Source: a virus (lineage: Duplodnaviria > Caudoviricetes). Taken from it: 64,000 nt of DNA. Location of the stretch: IMG/VR virus record IMGVR_UViG_2933206877_000003, positions 1 through 64,000 of that record. One strand, written 5' to 3'. Of the stretch, positions 8,335 to 18,720 are shown one piece after another (position 1 is the first letter of the stretch; each line of letters opens with the position of its first letter). A program made the translations under genes and the position numbers. The notes under the pieces were generated by a model. It worked only from the letters and a program-made list of their open reading frames with translations. It was not told the DNA's origin and ran no database searches.

Positions 8335-8798
8335 GGGTGGATGGCGAGCTTGAACTGGGCGTACAAGATGCTCCGGGGCACCTTGTCGTTGTGCCGGACC
8401 ATGAACCCGAGCGGCGTGCCCTGATACACGCTGATCTCGTGGTGCTTGGTGAAGTACTGGTATCCGCCCGACGGTGGCCGGTCGTCCCGGCCCGTGTCGT
8501 TCATGGGGTCGGTGGTGAAGCCGAGCGGGTCCCGCATAAAGACGTCACGCAGCTCGGTGTAGGCGCCGGCCTCCCACTGGACCTCGGCGCTCAGGCTCCC
8601 CCAGCCATCGCAGTACGGCCAGATGAGGCCGGCTCGCTGGTCGGTGCTGAGGGCGGTGACCCCGTCCGGCTGAGCCGGATCGTGCATCGCGAGATGATCG
8701 ATCTGATCCTGTTCGAACGGGAAGATCAACAAAGTGTCGACGTTGGGCTGGATCAGCTGGTCCGGGGTGGCTGACAGCGAACACACATAAACCGTCAC
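8328..8798 (-). CDS. Hypothetical protein
   Basis: ORF in operon context after the tail genes. Confidence 0.6.
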   Translation of the reverse strand: MTVYVCSLSATPDQLIQPNVDTLLIFPFEQDQIDHLAMHDPAQPDGVTALSTDQRAGLIWPYCDGWGSLSAEVQWEAGAYTELRDVFMRDPLGFTTDPMNDTGRDDRPPSGGYQYFTKHHEISVYQGTPLGFMVRHNDKVPRSILYAQFKLAIHPW

Positions 8799-8799
8799 A

Positions 8800-9210
8800 T
8801 CAGTCTCCTGAGGGCTGGTCGGCGAGAGCGACACCGAAGGTGAGCCGGAAGTAGCCCTGCACCTGCCTGGTGAGAGCAGCCACCTGGGCGGCCGTCGCGT
8901 CGGTTGTCACGGTGCCGGCCGCCACGGAATCGAGGTAGGTCTGGTTGTCGGCCAGGTCCGTGTGGACCTGTACCAACAGTGCGGCCTGAGCCGCGCGACG
9001 GGCCTCGTCGGCGAGGGCCTCGTCAGCACTTGCGTTCTCCGCGTCGGTGAACGGCCTCTCCTCGACGAGGGTGCCGCACTCGTACCGGCGGTAGGTGCGG
9101 GAGGGCACATCCCACTGCTCGATGACGGAGCCGTCCTGCGCCTGGCTCGTGTAGGGGGGCGCCGGATCGGTCTGCGGCGGACTGGCCGCCGGATCATCGG
9201 TGTCGGCCAC
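8800..9210 (-). CDS. Hypothetical tail-associated protein
   Basis: ERPFTDAEN motif; follows the Gly-rich tail gene. Confidence 0.6.
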   Translation of the reverse strand: MADTDDPAASPPQTDPAPPYTSQAQDGSVIEQWDVPSRTYRRYECGTLVEERPFTDAENASADEALADEARRAAQAALLVQVHTDLADNQTYLDSVAAGTVTTDATAAQVAALTRQVQGYFRLTFGVALADQPSGD

Positions 9211-9218
9211 GGCGCCCC

Positions 9219-9971
9219 CTAGAAGAAGCTTTCGACGATGACGACGCCGTCGGCGCCGTTGCCACCGTTGAAACTGGTGCCGGTCGTGGTGCCGCCCTGC
9301 GCCCCACCGCCGCCACCGCCGAAACTCTTGCCTGCGGTGCCTGCGGCGCCGGACAGGGATGCGGTGCTGCGGCGTGTGCCTGCGAGGACCGTGCCCCCGC
9401 CGGACGACTGGCAGCCCGGTAGGCCGCCCTGGACGTACCCATTACCGCCGTCGGTGCCCTGAATGAGAATGTCGCCCGTCGTGCCGTTCCCGGCCAAGCC
9501 ACCCGTGACGACGTTGTTGCCGGAGGTGCGGGCCATGGCTACGCCCTGTGCGCCTCCGGCTGCCACGACCAGGGAGCCGAACGAGCTGGAGCCACCGGCG
9601 TTGCCGTCGTTGGCGCCTGCGGCGCCGCCCGTGCCGCCCGTGCCGACGGTGACGGCGACTGTGCTGCCGAGCGAGGATGCCATGAGGACGGACTCGGCGT
9701 AGCCTCCTCCGCCACCACCTGATCCGGAGGCGCCTTGTCCGCTCGTACCGCTGGGGACTCCCCCGCCGCCGCCTCCACCGCCGATGACCCGGACGCGCAC
9801 CCACTTAGCGGATGTTGGCTTCGTCCACGTGCCGCTGGTCGTGAAAACCTGCCGGTCGACTGGGCTCAGCTGCGGATCGATGGACGCCGCCATCGTCTGC
9901 ATGTGCTCCCAGATCCGGGCGTGGTCCGTCGACTCCGGGTAGGTGATCCCGTGCGACGTCTGCTGGCTCAT
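9219..9971 (-). CDS. Glycine-rich minor tail/fiber protein
   Basis: FTTSGTWTKP...VRVIGGGGGGG...GADGVVIVE glycine-rich domain. Confidence 0.8.
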   Translation of the reverse strand: MSQQTSHGITYPESTDHARIWEHMQTMAASIDPQLSPVDRQVFTTSGTWTKPTSAKWVRVRVIGGGGGGGGVPSGTSGQGASGSGGGGGGYAESVLMASSLGSTVAVTVGTGGTGGAAGANDGNAGGSSSFGSLVVAAGGAQGVAMARTSGNNVVTGGLAGNGTTGDILIQGTDGGNGYVQGGLPGCQSSGGGTVLAGTRRSTASLSGAAGTAGKSFGGGGGGAQGGTTTGTSFNGGNGADGVVIVESFF

Positions 9972-10795
9972 GAACTGCGCCTCCAGTAGAGCGTGAGGGT
10001 CCACGCGGCCGACCAGGAGCTGCGTCCTGCAAGGCGGATGTAGGGATCGTCGGAGCTGACCGTGATGCACAGGCCGCCGCGGCTGCCGTCGACGATGGCC
10101 TGCCCCCACGAGGTGGGCAGCGTGAAAGTGACCTCCGACGGCGACACGTGGCCCTGCACGCCGAGCGCCGGGCCTGCCGTGGACTCGTTGAGCGTGGGAA
10201 AGCCACCGGGCCGGGTGGACTGGCTGACAAGCCGGAGCGTCGGCGACCGCTTCCCGTAGTCGCCAGACGTCAGCCTCCGCAGGCGGACGGTGGCCTTGGT
10301 GACGGTGGCACCGGACAGCGATCGTGGCTTGCTGCCGTAGAACGCGAAGCCGCTGTTGCGGCCCAGGGAGCTGCCGCCGTATTTGCCTTGGAATGTGTCG
10401 GCGCTGGTGGAGGAGCCGGTGTCGGTTCGCCAGCTGCCGTCTCGCCATGTCGACGTCGCTGTTGGGGTGCACACCAGGGAGCCCGTCGTGGTCGTCGGCT
10501 TGGGTGGCGGCGAGCTGTCGCCGAGGGAGGTGACCGGGGGATCACCGGCCGCTGGCGGAGTCGGCGGCAGCGCTGGCGCAGCGCTATACGCGGCGAGAGC
10601 CCAGTACGTCGAACCGCGGCGGGCGATCAATAGTTTGTCGCCGACACTGAACGACAGTCCGGTGACGGTTCGGACGGTTACCTGAATGCCGCCGATGCTG
10701 GCAAGGCACGCCCCGCTCACGGCCGTTGTGACAGCGACGGCTTCGATGGTTCCTTGGCCGGCGAGACTGACCCGGGTGTCGGCGAAGTCCGCCAT
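9968..10795 (-). CDS. Minor tail protein
   Basis: Position and Ser/Thr/Gly-rich composition. Confidence 0.7.
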   Translation of the reverse strand: MADFADTRVSLAGQGTIEAVAVTTAVSGACLASIGGIQVTVRTVTGLSFSVGDKLLIARRGSTYWALAAYSAAPALPPTPPAAGDPPVTSLGDSSPPPKPTTTTGSLVCTPTATSTWRDGSWRTDTGSSTSADTFQGKYGGSSLGRNSGFAFYGSKPRSLSGATVTKATVRLRRLTSGDYGKRSPTLRLVSQSTRPGGFPTLNESTAGPALGVQGHVSPSEVTFTLPTSWGQAIVDGSRGGLCITVSSDDPYIRLAGRSSWSAAWTLTLYWRRSS

Positions 10796-10805
10796 GATGC
10801 CCCCT

Positions 10806-11882
10806 CTACAGGACTCGGACGGTCAGGCTCATTTCGCCTGGTGAGTAGGGCAGCGACAGCGTCTCGATCACGCACGGTGCGCCGACGAGTCCGGCTCCGG
10901 TGGCGGAGATGACGTCACCGGTCACCAGGCCCGGGTGAGGAACCATGCTCACCGCGAGGCGGCGGGACGAAGCGCGGCGCAGCTGGAGGAGCTGGGCGGC
11001 TGCCGCGGCGCGGCACTGAGAGACGGTCGTCATCAGCGGTGACGAGAACACGTACGGCACGGGCAACGGGTTGAAAGGACCGCCGTACCGGTAGGGCGAG
11101 GCGCTGTCCAGGTCGTAGACGACGCCCTGGAGCTGGTTGCCGCTGCTGTCCTCGCCTTGGGCGATGACGACGTTGAACGCACCGTCGCGGTTTCCGCTCC
11201 CCTGCCAGCGCACCACGGTGCCGCCGACGCCGTCCGTGAGGGTCAGGACCGGGGTTCCTCCGTCGATGAGCTTCTCGACGAGGAGGATGCCGTCCTCAGT
11301 AACGTAGGCGTCGGCCGCCCAGGCCGACAGGAGTTCGGTGAGGCCACCGAGGCGGTCGCTGTCCCACTGCATCCCGACGGGCACGGACTGGTCGGTGAGG
11401 AGCCCGTCGACCTGCACGGTCAGTGCGGGCTCGACGAGGGAGCGCACGGTCGACGAGAACGTGCCGGAGGGCTGGAACGGGGAGACGAATTTCGCCTCGT
11501 CGATCAGGGTGAGCAGTCCCTGGGCCGTGACGCTGACGGTGTCGCCGTCGGATCCGACCTCGGTGATCACGAACCAACCGCGATCGACCCACTCAAAGTC
11601 GCCGCCGACGTCGACACCGTAGGAGATGTGGAGCTGCTGCCCGAAGGCGGCGAGTGGATGGTCGGGATCGGCCTGCGGGTCCCAGTTGAAGCCCCTGTCG
11701 CGGCACGGCACGCTGAGGGAAACCCTCTCGGGGATGTTCAGCGAGCGGTCGCGGTCCTCCTGGCCGCCGGCAACGGGGATGTCGGCGGCCAGGAGTTCAC
11801 CGTCGCGCCAGGACTCGGCGCGGACCTGCATGGTGTAGCTGCGCTGGACGATGGCCAGCGCAGCATCGGACATGTCGAGCAC
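10806..11882 (-). CDS. Minor tail protein (DUF5047-like baseplate hub)
   Basis: PLAAFGQQL...FNVVIAQGE...PHPGLVTGDVI motifs. Confidence 0.75.
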   Translation of the reverse strand: MLDMSDAALAIVQRSYTMQVRAESWRDGELLAADIPVAGGQEDRDRSLNIPERVSLSVPCRDRGFNWDPQADPDHPLAAFGQQLHISYGVDVGGDFEWVDRGWFVITEVGSDGDTVSVTAQGLLTLIDEAKFVSPFQPSGTFSSTVRSLVEPALTVQVDGLLTDQSVPVGMQWDSDRLGGLTELLSAWAADAYVTEDGILLVEKLIDGGTPVLTLTDGVGGTVVRWQGSGNRDGAFNVVIAQGEDSSGNQLQGVVYDLDSASPYRYGGPFNPLPVPYVFSSPLMTTVSQCRAAAAAQLLQLRRASSRRLAVSMVPHPGLVTGDVISATGAGLVGAPCVIETLSLPYSPGEMSLTVRVL

Positions 11883-11886
11883 GGCA

Positions 11887-13344
11887 TCACCCGAAGTCGT
11901 AGAGGGCGATGGCGAGCAAGCTGCTGAAGTCGGCCGCCAGGTCGGCCAACGTGCTGTAGTTGTTGGCGATGTCCTGGAGGGTGAATCCAGCCGCCTCCAG
12001 GACGTCGGGCCAGTCGTCGGCCCGGACGACATTGAGCTGGAACCACCTGAATTGGTCGTACCAGGTGGGGCTCTCGGTGTCGTCGAGCAGGGCGTAGGAG
12101 CCGTCCAAGCGCGGCAGACTCACCTGCCGCCGGATCAGCAAAACGCCCTCGGTAACGTGGTCGAGCAGATCGTTGAGGGCATCGCCGTCCTCGTCGGTCT
12201 CCGTGCGCACCGTGACGGTCGTCGAGGGCGCAGAGCGGGGCCGACCGACGACGACGATCCGGCCGCCAACGTTGAACGTCGTGGCCTCGCGGTCGCGTTT
12301 CCAATCCAGCGGCGATTCGATGTGCACCAGAGCGCCGACGCCACGGATCGCGTCCGAGACGACATCGGCGTCCACGGTCGAGGTGATGGGGTCGGAGTAG
12401 ACCGTCCACTGCTGCCCGTACAGGTCAGTCAGCACGGCCGCGTAGGTCATCGAGACCCCGAACGGCTGCTCGGCGTCGACTCTCAGCAGGGAGGACTGCC
12501 CAGTCACATCGATGCCGGTCGCGGCCCTGACGGCCGTCAGGTTGGTGTCGACCTGTCGATACAGCGTCACGGTCGTGATGTCGTCGCCGGTCAGACCCGT
12601 CGCGGACACGAGGTTCCGTGGCGGAAAGGCGGTCTGTGCGATCGCGGCGACATCCGAACTGGCCTCCCGGATACGGAGCGCGCCGGCGACACCGACGGAC
12701 GCTGCCGCCAGGGTGGCGGTGATCGTGGGAGCCACCTGCGCCGTACCGGATGAAACGGAACAGGTAGCGAGCGCACTCGACAGCCCGTTGCCCGTGGTGA
12801 CAGCGGCGTCGGCGCGCTCGGTCACCGTCCCGAAGGTGATTCCCGCCGCGGTGACTGCCTCGGCCGTGTAGGAGTCCGCGCTGGAGGCGACGCCGTACCC
12901 GAGGACGACGAAATCGCCGGCCTTGAATGTCAGAGCCATACCGCCGACCACGGAGAATGCCGTGCCGGAGGTGCTGTCGTCGGCGCCGGATGCAGCCCAC
13001 CGCCAGCCGGTGCCGGCGGTGCGGGCCAGGCTGATGATGCGGGCCGCGATGACGGACCCCGCCGAGCCCGAGGGGATGACGGTGGTCGGGTTCGGCTCAC
13101 CTCCGGCCAGGACGCGCGCGAACCACGTCTGCCTCCGCGGGCCGGCGGAAGCGCCGAAGGTGCCCCCGCCGCCCGAGAAACTGCTGATGAGCGACCAGCC
13201 GGACGGGGTGGTGGGAATGCTGTCACTCGGGTGCCCGGAGAGCACCTGCATGAGCGCCAAGTTGCCGGCGGAGCCCACGAGCGCAGGGGTCACCGTGTCG
13301 GTATGGACCGCCTGCGCACCCGTGCTCCCGAAGGTGATAGTCAC
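11887..13344 (-). CDS. Minor tail/distal tail protein
   Basis: Directly after the tape measure; D.E.PFGV..TY motif with an N-terminal Ser/Thr/Ala-rich domain. Confidence 0.75.
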   Translation of the reverse strand: MTITFGSTGAQAVHTDTVTPALVGSAGNLALMQVLSGHPSDSIPTTPSGWSLISSFSGGGGTFGASAGPRRQTWFARVLAGGEPNPTTVIPSGSAGSVIAARIISLARTAGTGWRWAASGADDSTSGTAFSVVGGMALTFKAGDFVVLGYGVASSADSYTAEAVTAAGITFGTVTERADAAVTTGNGLSSALATCSVSSGTAQVAPTITATLAAASVGVAGALRIREASSDVAAIAQTAFPPRNLVSATGLTGDDITTVTLYRQVDTNLTAVRAATGIDVTGQSSLLRVDAEQPFGVSMTYAAVLTDLYGQQWTVYSDPITSTVDADVVSDAIRGVGALVHIESPLDWKRDREATTFNVGGRIVVVGRPRSAPSTTVTVRTETDEDGDALNDLLDHVTEGVLLIRRQVSLPRLDGSYALLDDTESPTWYDQFRWFQLNVVRADDWPDVLEAAGFTLQDIANNYSTLADLAADFSSLLAIALYDFG

Positions 13345-16300
13345 CCCCCTGCCCTCCGTCCAACGCGCGCGCGGTACGCCTGCCGGTTCTCGGAGGTGCG
13401 GATCATCGGCTGGACGGTTCCCTTGATGACGCCGATGAGTTCACCGGAGTCGAGCACCAGCTGACCGTTCACCTCGTGCGGCCGGCTGGCCTGAGCCTCC
13501 AGCGCCGCTGCCAGCCGATCCCACAACTGGTCTTGACCTTGGTTGCTGCCACCGGCAGTCGGTACGTAGCGGCGACGGATGGACACACCGGTAGCGGTGT
13601 TGGCGAGCCGCTGGGTTGCGGCACCGACGAGGTGGCCGTGCATGTCGATGCCGTGGGCCATTCCGAGGACGATGTTCTTGCCGACCTCGTCCCGGAACAC
13701 CTGCGAGGGGCTCTTGATCTTCAGGGCCCTTTTGATGGCCTTGACCAAGTCCTTGGCCACGGAAGCCATCTGCTTGCCGAGCGCCTTCTCCTGCGACTTC
13801 AGGCCGGCCAGGAATCCCTTGCCCGCGTCTTTGCCGCTGTCGTACATCATGTCGGCCATGGACCGGCCGAACGATGTGGCGAGCTTGCCGCCGCTCTTCA
13901 CGAGCTTGTTCAGCTTGGCGATGTCCTGTGTCTTGACGCCCTTGCCGCCGAGGATGGTCGCGAGCTGACTGCCCGGCCCGGCGTCGGCAAGCTGTTGCAG
14001 CAAGGCCTTCGACGCACCGCGCGCCTTCAGCCTCTTCGTCAGCGAAACGAAGCCCCGGGCGGTCTTCTGCTGGCCCCCCATCTGGGAGATGAGGTCGCCG
14101 ACGTTCGACGCGGACGTCCCGCTGATGGACAGAAAGTCGTTGATGCGCCCGGCCTGGTCGCTGGCGTACTGATTGGCCGCTGCGATCTTCGCCTTGACCG
14201 AGGCCCGCTTCGTGGCGAGCGCTTCGAGCTTCGACCCCTTCTTCTCGACGGATGCCGCCGTCCGGTTGTAACCGGCGTTCAGCAACTTCGTCGCCAAGGA
14301 CTTGATGGCCGAGGCGATCGACGACGACGTGCCCGTCGCCAGGGACTTCTGGAGCCCGGTGGCAATCGAGTTGGAGATCGAGGTCTTCGCGGACCGCTGG
14401 GCGTTTCTCAACGCGATCTCGGCGGCCTTCAGCTCCTTCTGGGCGGCCTGGAGGCGCTTCTCCGCCGCGGCCTCGCCCTTGTGCCGCCGCTTGGCGCGGG
14501 ATACCGCGTCCTTCGCGTCCTCGACCTTCTCCTTGTCGCGGCGGACCCGGTCGGCGGCGTTCATGATCGTGCCGCTCGCGTACCCGGGCAGCTTGATGCC
14601 GTGGGTCTTGGCGAACGCCATGGAGTCCTCGTGGTTGAGGACATCCTCCCCGCCCTTGAAGTTCACCAGCTCGGCGCCCTTTTCGCCGACCCAGGCGAGG
14701 CCCTTGGCGGCGCCGCGCGTGCCCTTCGCGTACCAGTGCGGCGACCGAGCCAGCCATTGCGAGTAGGCGTTGAGCGGGTTGCCGTACCGCTCGGCGATGT
14801 ACGACAGGCCCCACTTGATCTGGGTGGCCGGGTTGGTCTTCCAGTCGGCACCGGCCGACGCCATCTTGCTAGCGGGGAGCGACTGGGGGATGCCGTAGGC
14901 GCCGCTGCTGCTGTTCAGCGCGCGCTCGTTCCAGCCGCTCTCCCCGTTCCACAGGTTCTTCAAGGCGGCCCACTGCGGGCCGCTCCAGCCGCGGAGCGCG
15001 GCGAGGGTGGCGCCGATCTTCTGGTTGGCGGACGAGCCGCCTCCTCCGCCACCGAGCCCGAGCATGCCGAGGACATCTCCGCCGAGACTGCCGAGGGCCT
15101 TGAGGGCCTTCCCGGGCAGCGACGAGACGGACACCAAGCCCTTCTTGACGATCGACGCGAGGGCCTTGGGCATGCTGCCGAACACCTTGTGAGCGATCGC
15201 GGCGCCGCTGGTGCGGGACATGCCCTTGATCAGGCCGGTGACCAGGTGGCCGCCGATGCCCATGAAGACGCGGCTCGGGCTCTTGATCCCGAAGAAGTGC
15301 TTGACGCTGTAGACGACGGGGTCGACGACGACGCTCTTCAGCCAGCTACCGATGCCCCGCATCCTCTGTGAGACACCGCTCTTCAAGCCTGCGATGAGGG
15401 CGGAGCCCTTCGAGATGAGCCAGGTTCCGGCACGCGTGAAGGCGTTCCGTGCCGGGGCGGTGACGTGGGAGGTCATCCAGCCACCGATCGATTTTCCGAT
15501 CGAGTTCGCCCCGGACTTGAATCCGGACACCATCGCGCTGCCCTTGCCGGTCAGCCAGGACCCGGCGCGGGCGAAGCGGCTGGTCACCGGTGTCACAAGG
15601 TGGCTGACGATCCAGCCGCCGATGCCCTTGGCCGTGTTCAGGACGCCGTTCTTGAATCCGGCGACCAGATTGCCGCCGATCCCGGTGAATACCTTCGACG
15701 GGGATGCAATTCCGAAGCCGCTCTTGACCCAGCGGATGACAGGGTCGACGAGGTGGCTCTTCATCCACGAGCCGATGGATTTCAGTTTCGACCAGGCGCC
15801 GCTGATCAGCGACTGTGCCAGGTTGAGGCCGGTCTGATAGAGGGTGAATCGGCCGAACGTCTTCACGATGGCACGGATAAACCGATTGCCCATGCCGGGC
15901 ACTTTGTCGACGATCGCAGATCCCAATCTGGAGATCATCTCGCGGCCCTTGCGGACCAGTGCTCGACCCAGGTCTTCGAGACGGACCGGCAACAGGAGCA
16001 GCTGGTCACTGAACCACTGCGCAACCTTGGGGAAGCGTGACGCGAATGCGTCACCGAACTTCGAAACGATCCTGCTCACGAAGCGGTAGATCGCTCCGAA
16101 GAACTTGGGGGCGAGTTCCCCGATCTTTTCGCCGAAGGGGAGGATCTTCCCCCACGGGATGCGGGTGAAGATCTCGCCGAGCTTCCCCCAGGGGATCCGC
16201 CCGAAGAGCTTCCCGACTACTCCGAAGAGCTTGCCGAACGGCACGATGGCGATGGTCGCCAGAATCACGTCGAGCCAGTGCTTCTCCCAGAATCTGGCGG

Positions 16301-18107
16301 TGAAGAGCGGCTGGAACAGGTTGTTCACGAAGCCGATGGCGAAGGGCAGCGCGATCGCGCCGAGGCTCTTGCCGACGTCGACGAAGTCGATCTGGCCGAT
16401 GGCCTTGCCGAGCTTGGCCGACAGCTCAGCACCGTGGCCGACGATCCACCCGAACGCCTTGCCCAGACCGGCTCCGAGGACGGGCCCGAACTTGCCCCAG
16501 TTGACGTGCATGATGCCGTCGGTGAACGCGATGCGGACCTGCTCGCCGATCTGGCGGGCCAGCGACTTCGGGGCCTTCGGCACCTTCGGCATCTTGATCA
16601 GTGGCGCGCTGAGCCCCGACCCTCCGTGCGGCAGCGGAGCGAGCGGCGCGCCGAGCCGACCGGCCTCGGGCGCGACTTGACCGGCCCCGTAGTGCGGGAG
16701 CCGCTGCATGGCCCGTCCCGTCCCCCTGGTCGAGGACGTCTGAGCCGAGCCGAGGTGCGGCGTGTCCAGCACCGTGGTGGGGAACTTGTCGATGGGTGAC
16801 TTCGGCACCGCCGGCGCCTTCACCTTGGCGCCCGTCAGGCCACCGATGAAGTCGCCGATCCCGCCCTTCCCGCCGAAACCGCCCAGGAAGCCGGAGACGA
16901 CCGACTTGGCCTCGCCGATCGCTGACTTGATGCGATCCACCGGGATGATCTTCCCGACGGCGTCGGCGAAGCGGTACGTGGCGGGCATGGCGTCAGTGGC
17001 AAGGAAGTGAATGAAGCTGGTCACCGGCGGCAGCACCTTGGTGCCGACCCGGATGCCCATTACCTCCAAGTTGCTTGTGAGCAGGTGCCATTGGGCTTCA
17101 GCGGTCTTCCGCTGCTGTTTCACCGCGTCGTCGAACTTGCCCGTGCTGCGGTTGATCTGCTCCTGCTTCTTCTCCAGCACGTCCAAGTTGTTGAGCATGA
17201 GCAGGATGCCGGAGCTGGACCGACCGCCACCGAACGCCCTGGACAACAGCTGCGACTGCTTCGACGCCGACATCCCCGACTTGTCGAGGTGCTCCTTCAA
17301 CAGTCCGATTGCGCCGATCAGACCCTTCGGACCGCGCATGGCCTCCGCGAGGTCGAGGCCGGTCAACCCGATCTTCTTCAACTGCTTCTCGGCAGCCCCG
17401 GACGGGGCGCCGAGCAGCGAGAAAGACATGCGCAGGCGAGTTGCGGCGCTCGCACTGTCGATTCCCTCATCGGTCATGAGGGCCAACGCGGCGCCGACTT
17501 GTTTCATGGAAAGACCGAAAGTTTTCGCAGAGGGCAGGATGCCAGTGCCAATTGCCGCATTAAATTGGTCCATTGACATATTTCCAGCGCCGATAATTGC
17601 ATTTACGGTGCTGACTGCCTCATGAAAACTCGTGGCGCCCTTAATGCCCGTACGCCAGGCGCCCGCCAGAGCATTTGTGGTTTCTTCCAAATTGGCGTGA
17701 CCGACGGCCGCCAAATCAGACGCTTCCTTGAGCGCCTTCATCGCGGACACGTTGTCCATGCCCACCGACTTGAGGTGGTACAGGGACTCGGCAAGGTGCT
17801 GCGGGCCCTGCTGCGTAGTGGTGCCCAGGTCGAGGACTTGCTTCGAGAGGAGCTTGACGTCTTTCTGGGTGGCACCCGCCTGCGTGGAGATGCGGGTCAT
17901 CTCCGCCTGGAACTCCATGGCCGACTTCGCGCCCTCGGCCAGTCCGGCGGCCAGGCCGACCGCCACCGCCTCGCCGACCACCTTGGCGGTCTTGCCGAGC
18001 TTGGCCAGGGTCGACTCGGTGCCGCCGGCTGCTCGGCCGACCTGACGGAACGTGCGCGACGCGGCATCCCTGGCGATGAGGGTGTAGATGATGCCGGTGC
18101 TCGCCAT
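13341..18107 (-). CDS. Tape measure protein with lytic transglycosylase domain
   Basis: About 1590 aa Ala/Gly/Lys-rich; IARDAAS N-terminus; GIKSPSRVF repeats; ESGWN...SSGAYGIPQ...QIKWGLSYIAERYG. Confidence 0.95.
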   Translation of the reverse strand: MASTGIIYTLIARDAASRTFRQVGRAAGGTESTLAKLGKTAKVVGEAVAVGLAAGLAEGAKSAMEFQAEMTRISTQAGATQKDVKLLSKQVLDLGTTTQQGPQHLAESLYHLKSVGMDNVSAMKALKEASDLAAVGHANLEETTNALAGAWRTGIKGATSFHEAVSTVNAIIGAGNMSMDQFNAAIGTGILPSAKTFGLSMKQVGAALALMTDEGIDSASAATRLRMSFSLLGAPSGAAEKQLKKIGLTGLDLAEAMRGPKGLIGAIGLLKEHLDKSGMSASKQSQLLSRAFGGGRSSSGILLMLNNLDVLEKKQEQINRSTGKFDDAVKQQRKTAEAQWHLLTSNLEVMGIRVGTKVLPPVTSFIHFLATDAMPATYRFADAVGKIIPVDRIKSAIGEAKSVVSGFLGGFGGKGGIGDFIGGLTGAKVKAPAVPKSPIDKFPTTVLDTPHLGSAQTSSTRGTGRAMQRLPHYGAGQVAPEAGRLGAPLAPLPHGGSGLSAPLIKMPKVPKAPKSLARQIGEQVRIAFTDGIMHVNWGKFGPVLGAGLGKAFGWIVGHGAELSAKLGKAIGQIDFVDVGKSLGAIALPFAIGFVNNLFQPLFTARFWEKHWLDVILATIAIVPFGKLFGVVGKLFGRIPWGKLGEIFTRIPWGKILPFGEKIGELAPKFFGAIYRFVSRIVSKFGDAFASRFPKVAQWFSDQLLLLPVRLEDLGRALVRKGREMISRLGSAIVDKVPGMGNRFIRAIVKTFGRFTLYQTGLNLAQSLISGAWSKLKSIGSWMKSHLVDPVIRWVKSGFGIASPSKVFTGIGGNLVAGFKNGVLNTAKGIGGWIVSHLVTPVTSRFARAGSWLTGKGSAMVSGFKSGANSIGKSIGGWMTSHVTAPARNAFTRAGTWLISKGSALIAGLKSGVSQRMRGIGSWLKSVVVDPVVYSVKHFFGIKSPSRVFMGIGGHLVTGLIKGMSRTSGAAIAHKVFGSMPKALASIVKKGLVSVSSLPGKALKALGSLGGDVLGMLGLGGGGGGSSANQKIGATLAALRGWSGPQWAALKNLWNGESGWNERALNSSSGAYGIPQSLPASKMASAGADWKTNPATQIKWGLSYIAERYGNPLNAYSQWLARSPHWYAKGTRGAAKGLAWVGEKGAELVNFKGGEDVLNHEDSMAFAKTHGIKLPGYASGTIMNAADRVRRDKEKVEDAKDAVSRAKRRHKGEAAAEKRLQAAQKELKAAEIALRNAQRSAKTSISNSIATGLQKSLATGTSSSIASAIKSLATKLLNAGYNRTAASVEKKGSKLEALATKRASVKAKIAAANQYASDQAGRINDFLSISGTSASNVGDLISQMGGQQKTARGFVSLTKRLKARGASKALLQQLADAGPGSQLATILGGKGVKTQDIAKLNKLVKSGGKLATSFGRSMADMMYDSGKDAGKGFLAGLKSQEKALGKQMASVAKDLVKAIKRALKIKSPSQVFRDEVGKNIVLGMAHGIDMHGHLVGAATQRLANTATGVSIRRRYVPTAGGSNQGQDQLWDRLAAALEAQASRPHEVNGQLVLDSGELIGVIKGTVQPMIRTSENRQAYRARVGRRAGG

Positions 18108-18134
18108 GACGCCTCCCCTCAACGGGTGTCGGTG

Positions 18135-18347
18135 TCATGGCCAGTTGCGCTGCGGCTTCGCCGCCGGGGAGGAGGAGCTGTCGTTCGTGGCCTTCTCGTC
18201 TTCCTCAGCTTCGAGGGAGTAGAAGATCTGCCACTCGATCAGCTCTCGGGCTGAGATTCGTCGGAGGAGTTCGGCGACGGTGTACCCGAGGGCTCGGGCG
18301 AGGACGAAGTGGAATCGTCGCCCGGACTCGGGGTCTCGGAGTTTCCC
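18135..18347 (-). CDS. Tail assembly chaperone -1 frameshift extension (gpGT-like)
   Basis: The -1 frame after the slippery site reads RFHFVLARALGYTVAELLRRISARELIEW, a typical gpT segment. Confidence 0.85.
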   Translation of the reverse strand, partial: GKLRDPESGRRFHFVLARALGYTVAELLRRISARELIEWQIFYSLEAEEDEKATNDSSSSPAAKPQRNWP

Positions 18348-18712
18348 TCCATCTCCTCCTGCTCGTCCTCGGACAGGCCGGACAGGGTCTGTGCCACGTC
18401 GTACAGCCGCTCCAGGACCCGGCCGGACTTCGCCCCCAGCTCGGCCGCCTCGGAGTCCTGGAAGAGGCGCTCGCCGTGGTCGTCGACGAGGCACTTCACC
18501 AGCAGCTTGGCGTGCATGCCCTGCTGGATGAGCACGGGCTCCATGCCCCGCCCGTCCATCGACCGGCGGAACTGCCTGATCGAGCCCTGGAAGTCATCCA
18601 GCTCGTCACCGGTGAGACCGCGCACGATGACGTCACCACCCCACTCGGGGACGGGCACGGTCTCGGTGGGGATGTCGTTCGCCTGCACGATGGCATCGCG
18701 GGAAAGCGCCAC
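18239..18712 (-). CDS. Tail assembly chaperone (gpG-like)
   Basis: VPVPEWGGDVIVRGLTG...LYDVAQTLSGL...EGN. Confidence 0.9.
   Translation of the reverse strand: MALSRDAIVQANDIPTETVPVPEWGGDVIVRGLTGDELDDFQGSIRQFRRSMDGRGMEPVLIQQGMHAKLLVKCLVDDHGERLFQDSEAAELGAKSGRVLERLYDVAQTLSGLSEDEQEEMEGNSETPSPGDDSTSSSPEPSGTPSPNSSDESQPES
18341..18347 (-). promoter_or_regulatory. Programmed -1 ribosomal frameshift slippery site GGGAAAC
   Basis: G GGA AAC in XXXYYYZ register near the end of the chaperone gene, with an open -1 frame. Confidence 0.85.
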
Positions 18713-18720
18713 TGCTGCTC

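Noticed and set aside
13476-15371. 631-aa plus-strand ORF
   Set aside because: Antisense shadow of the tape measure gene.
17572-17612. TTGACA...GATAAT antisense promoter in the tape measure gene
   Set aside because: The spacer is about 13 nt, too short for a sigma70 promoter.
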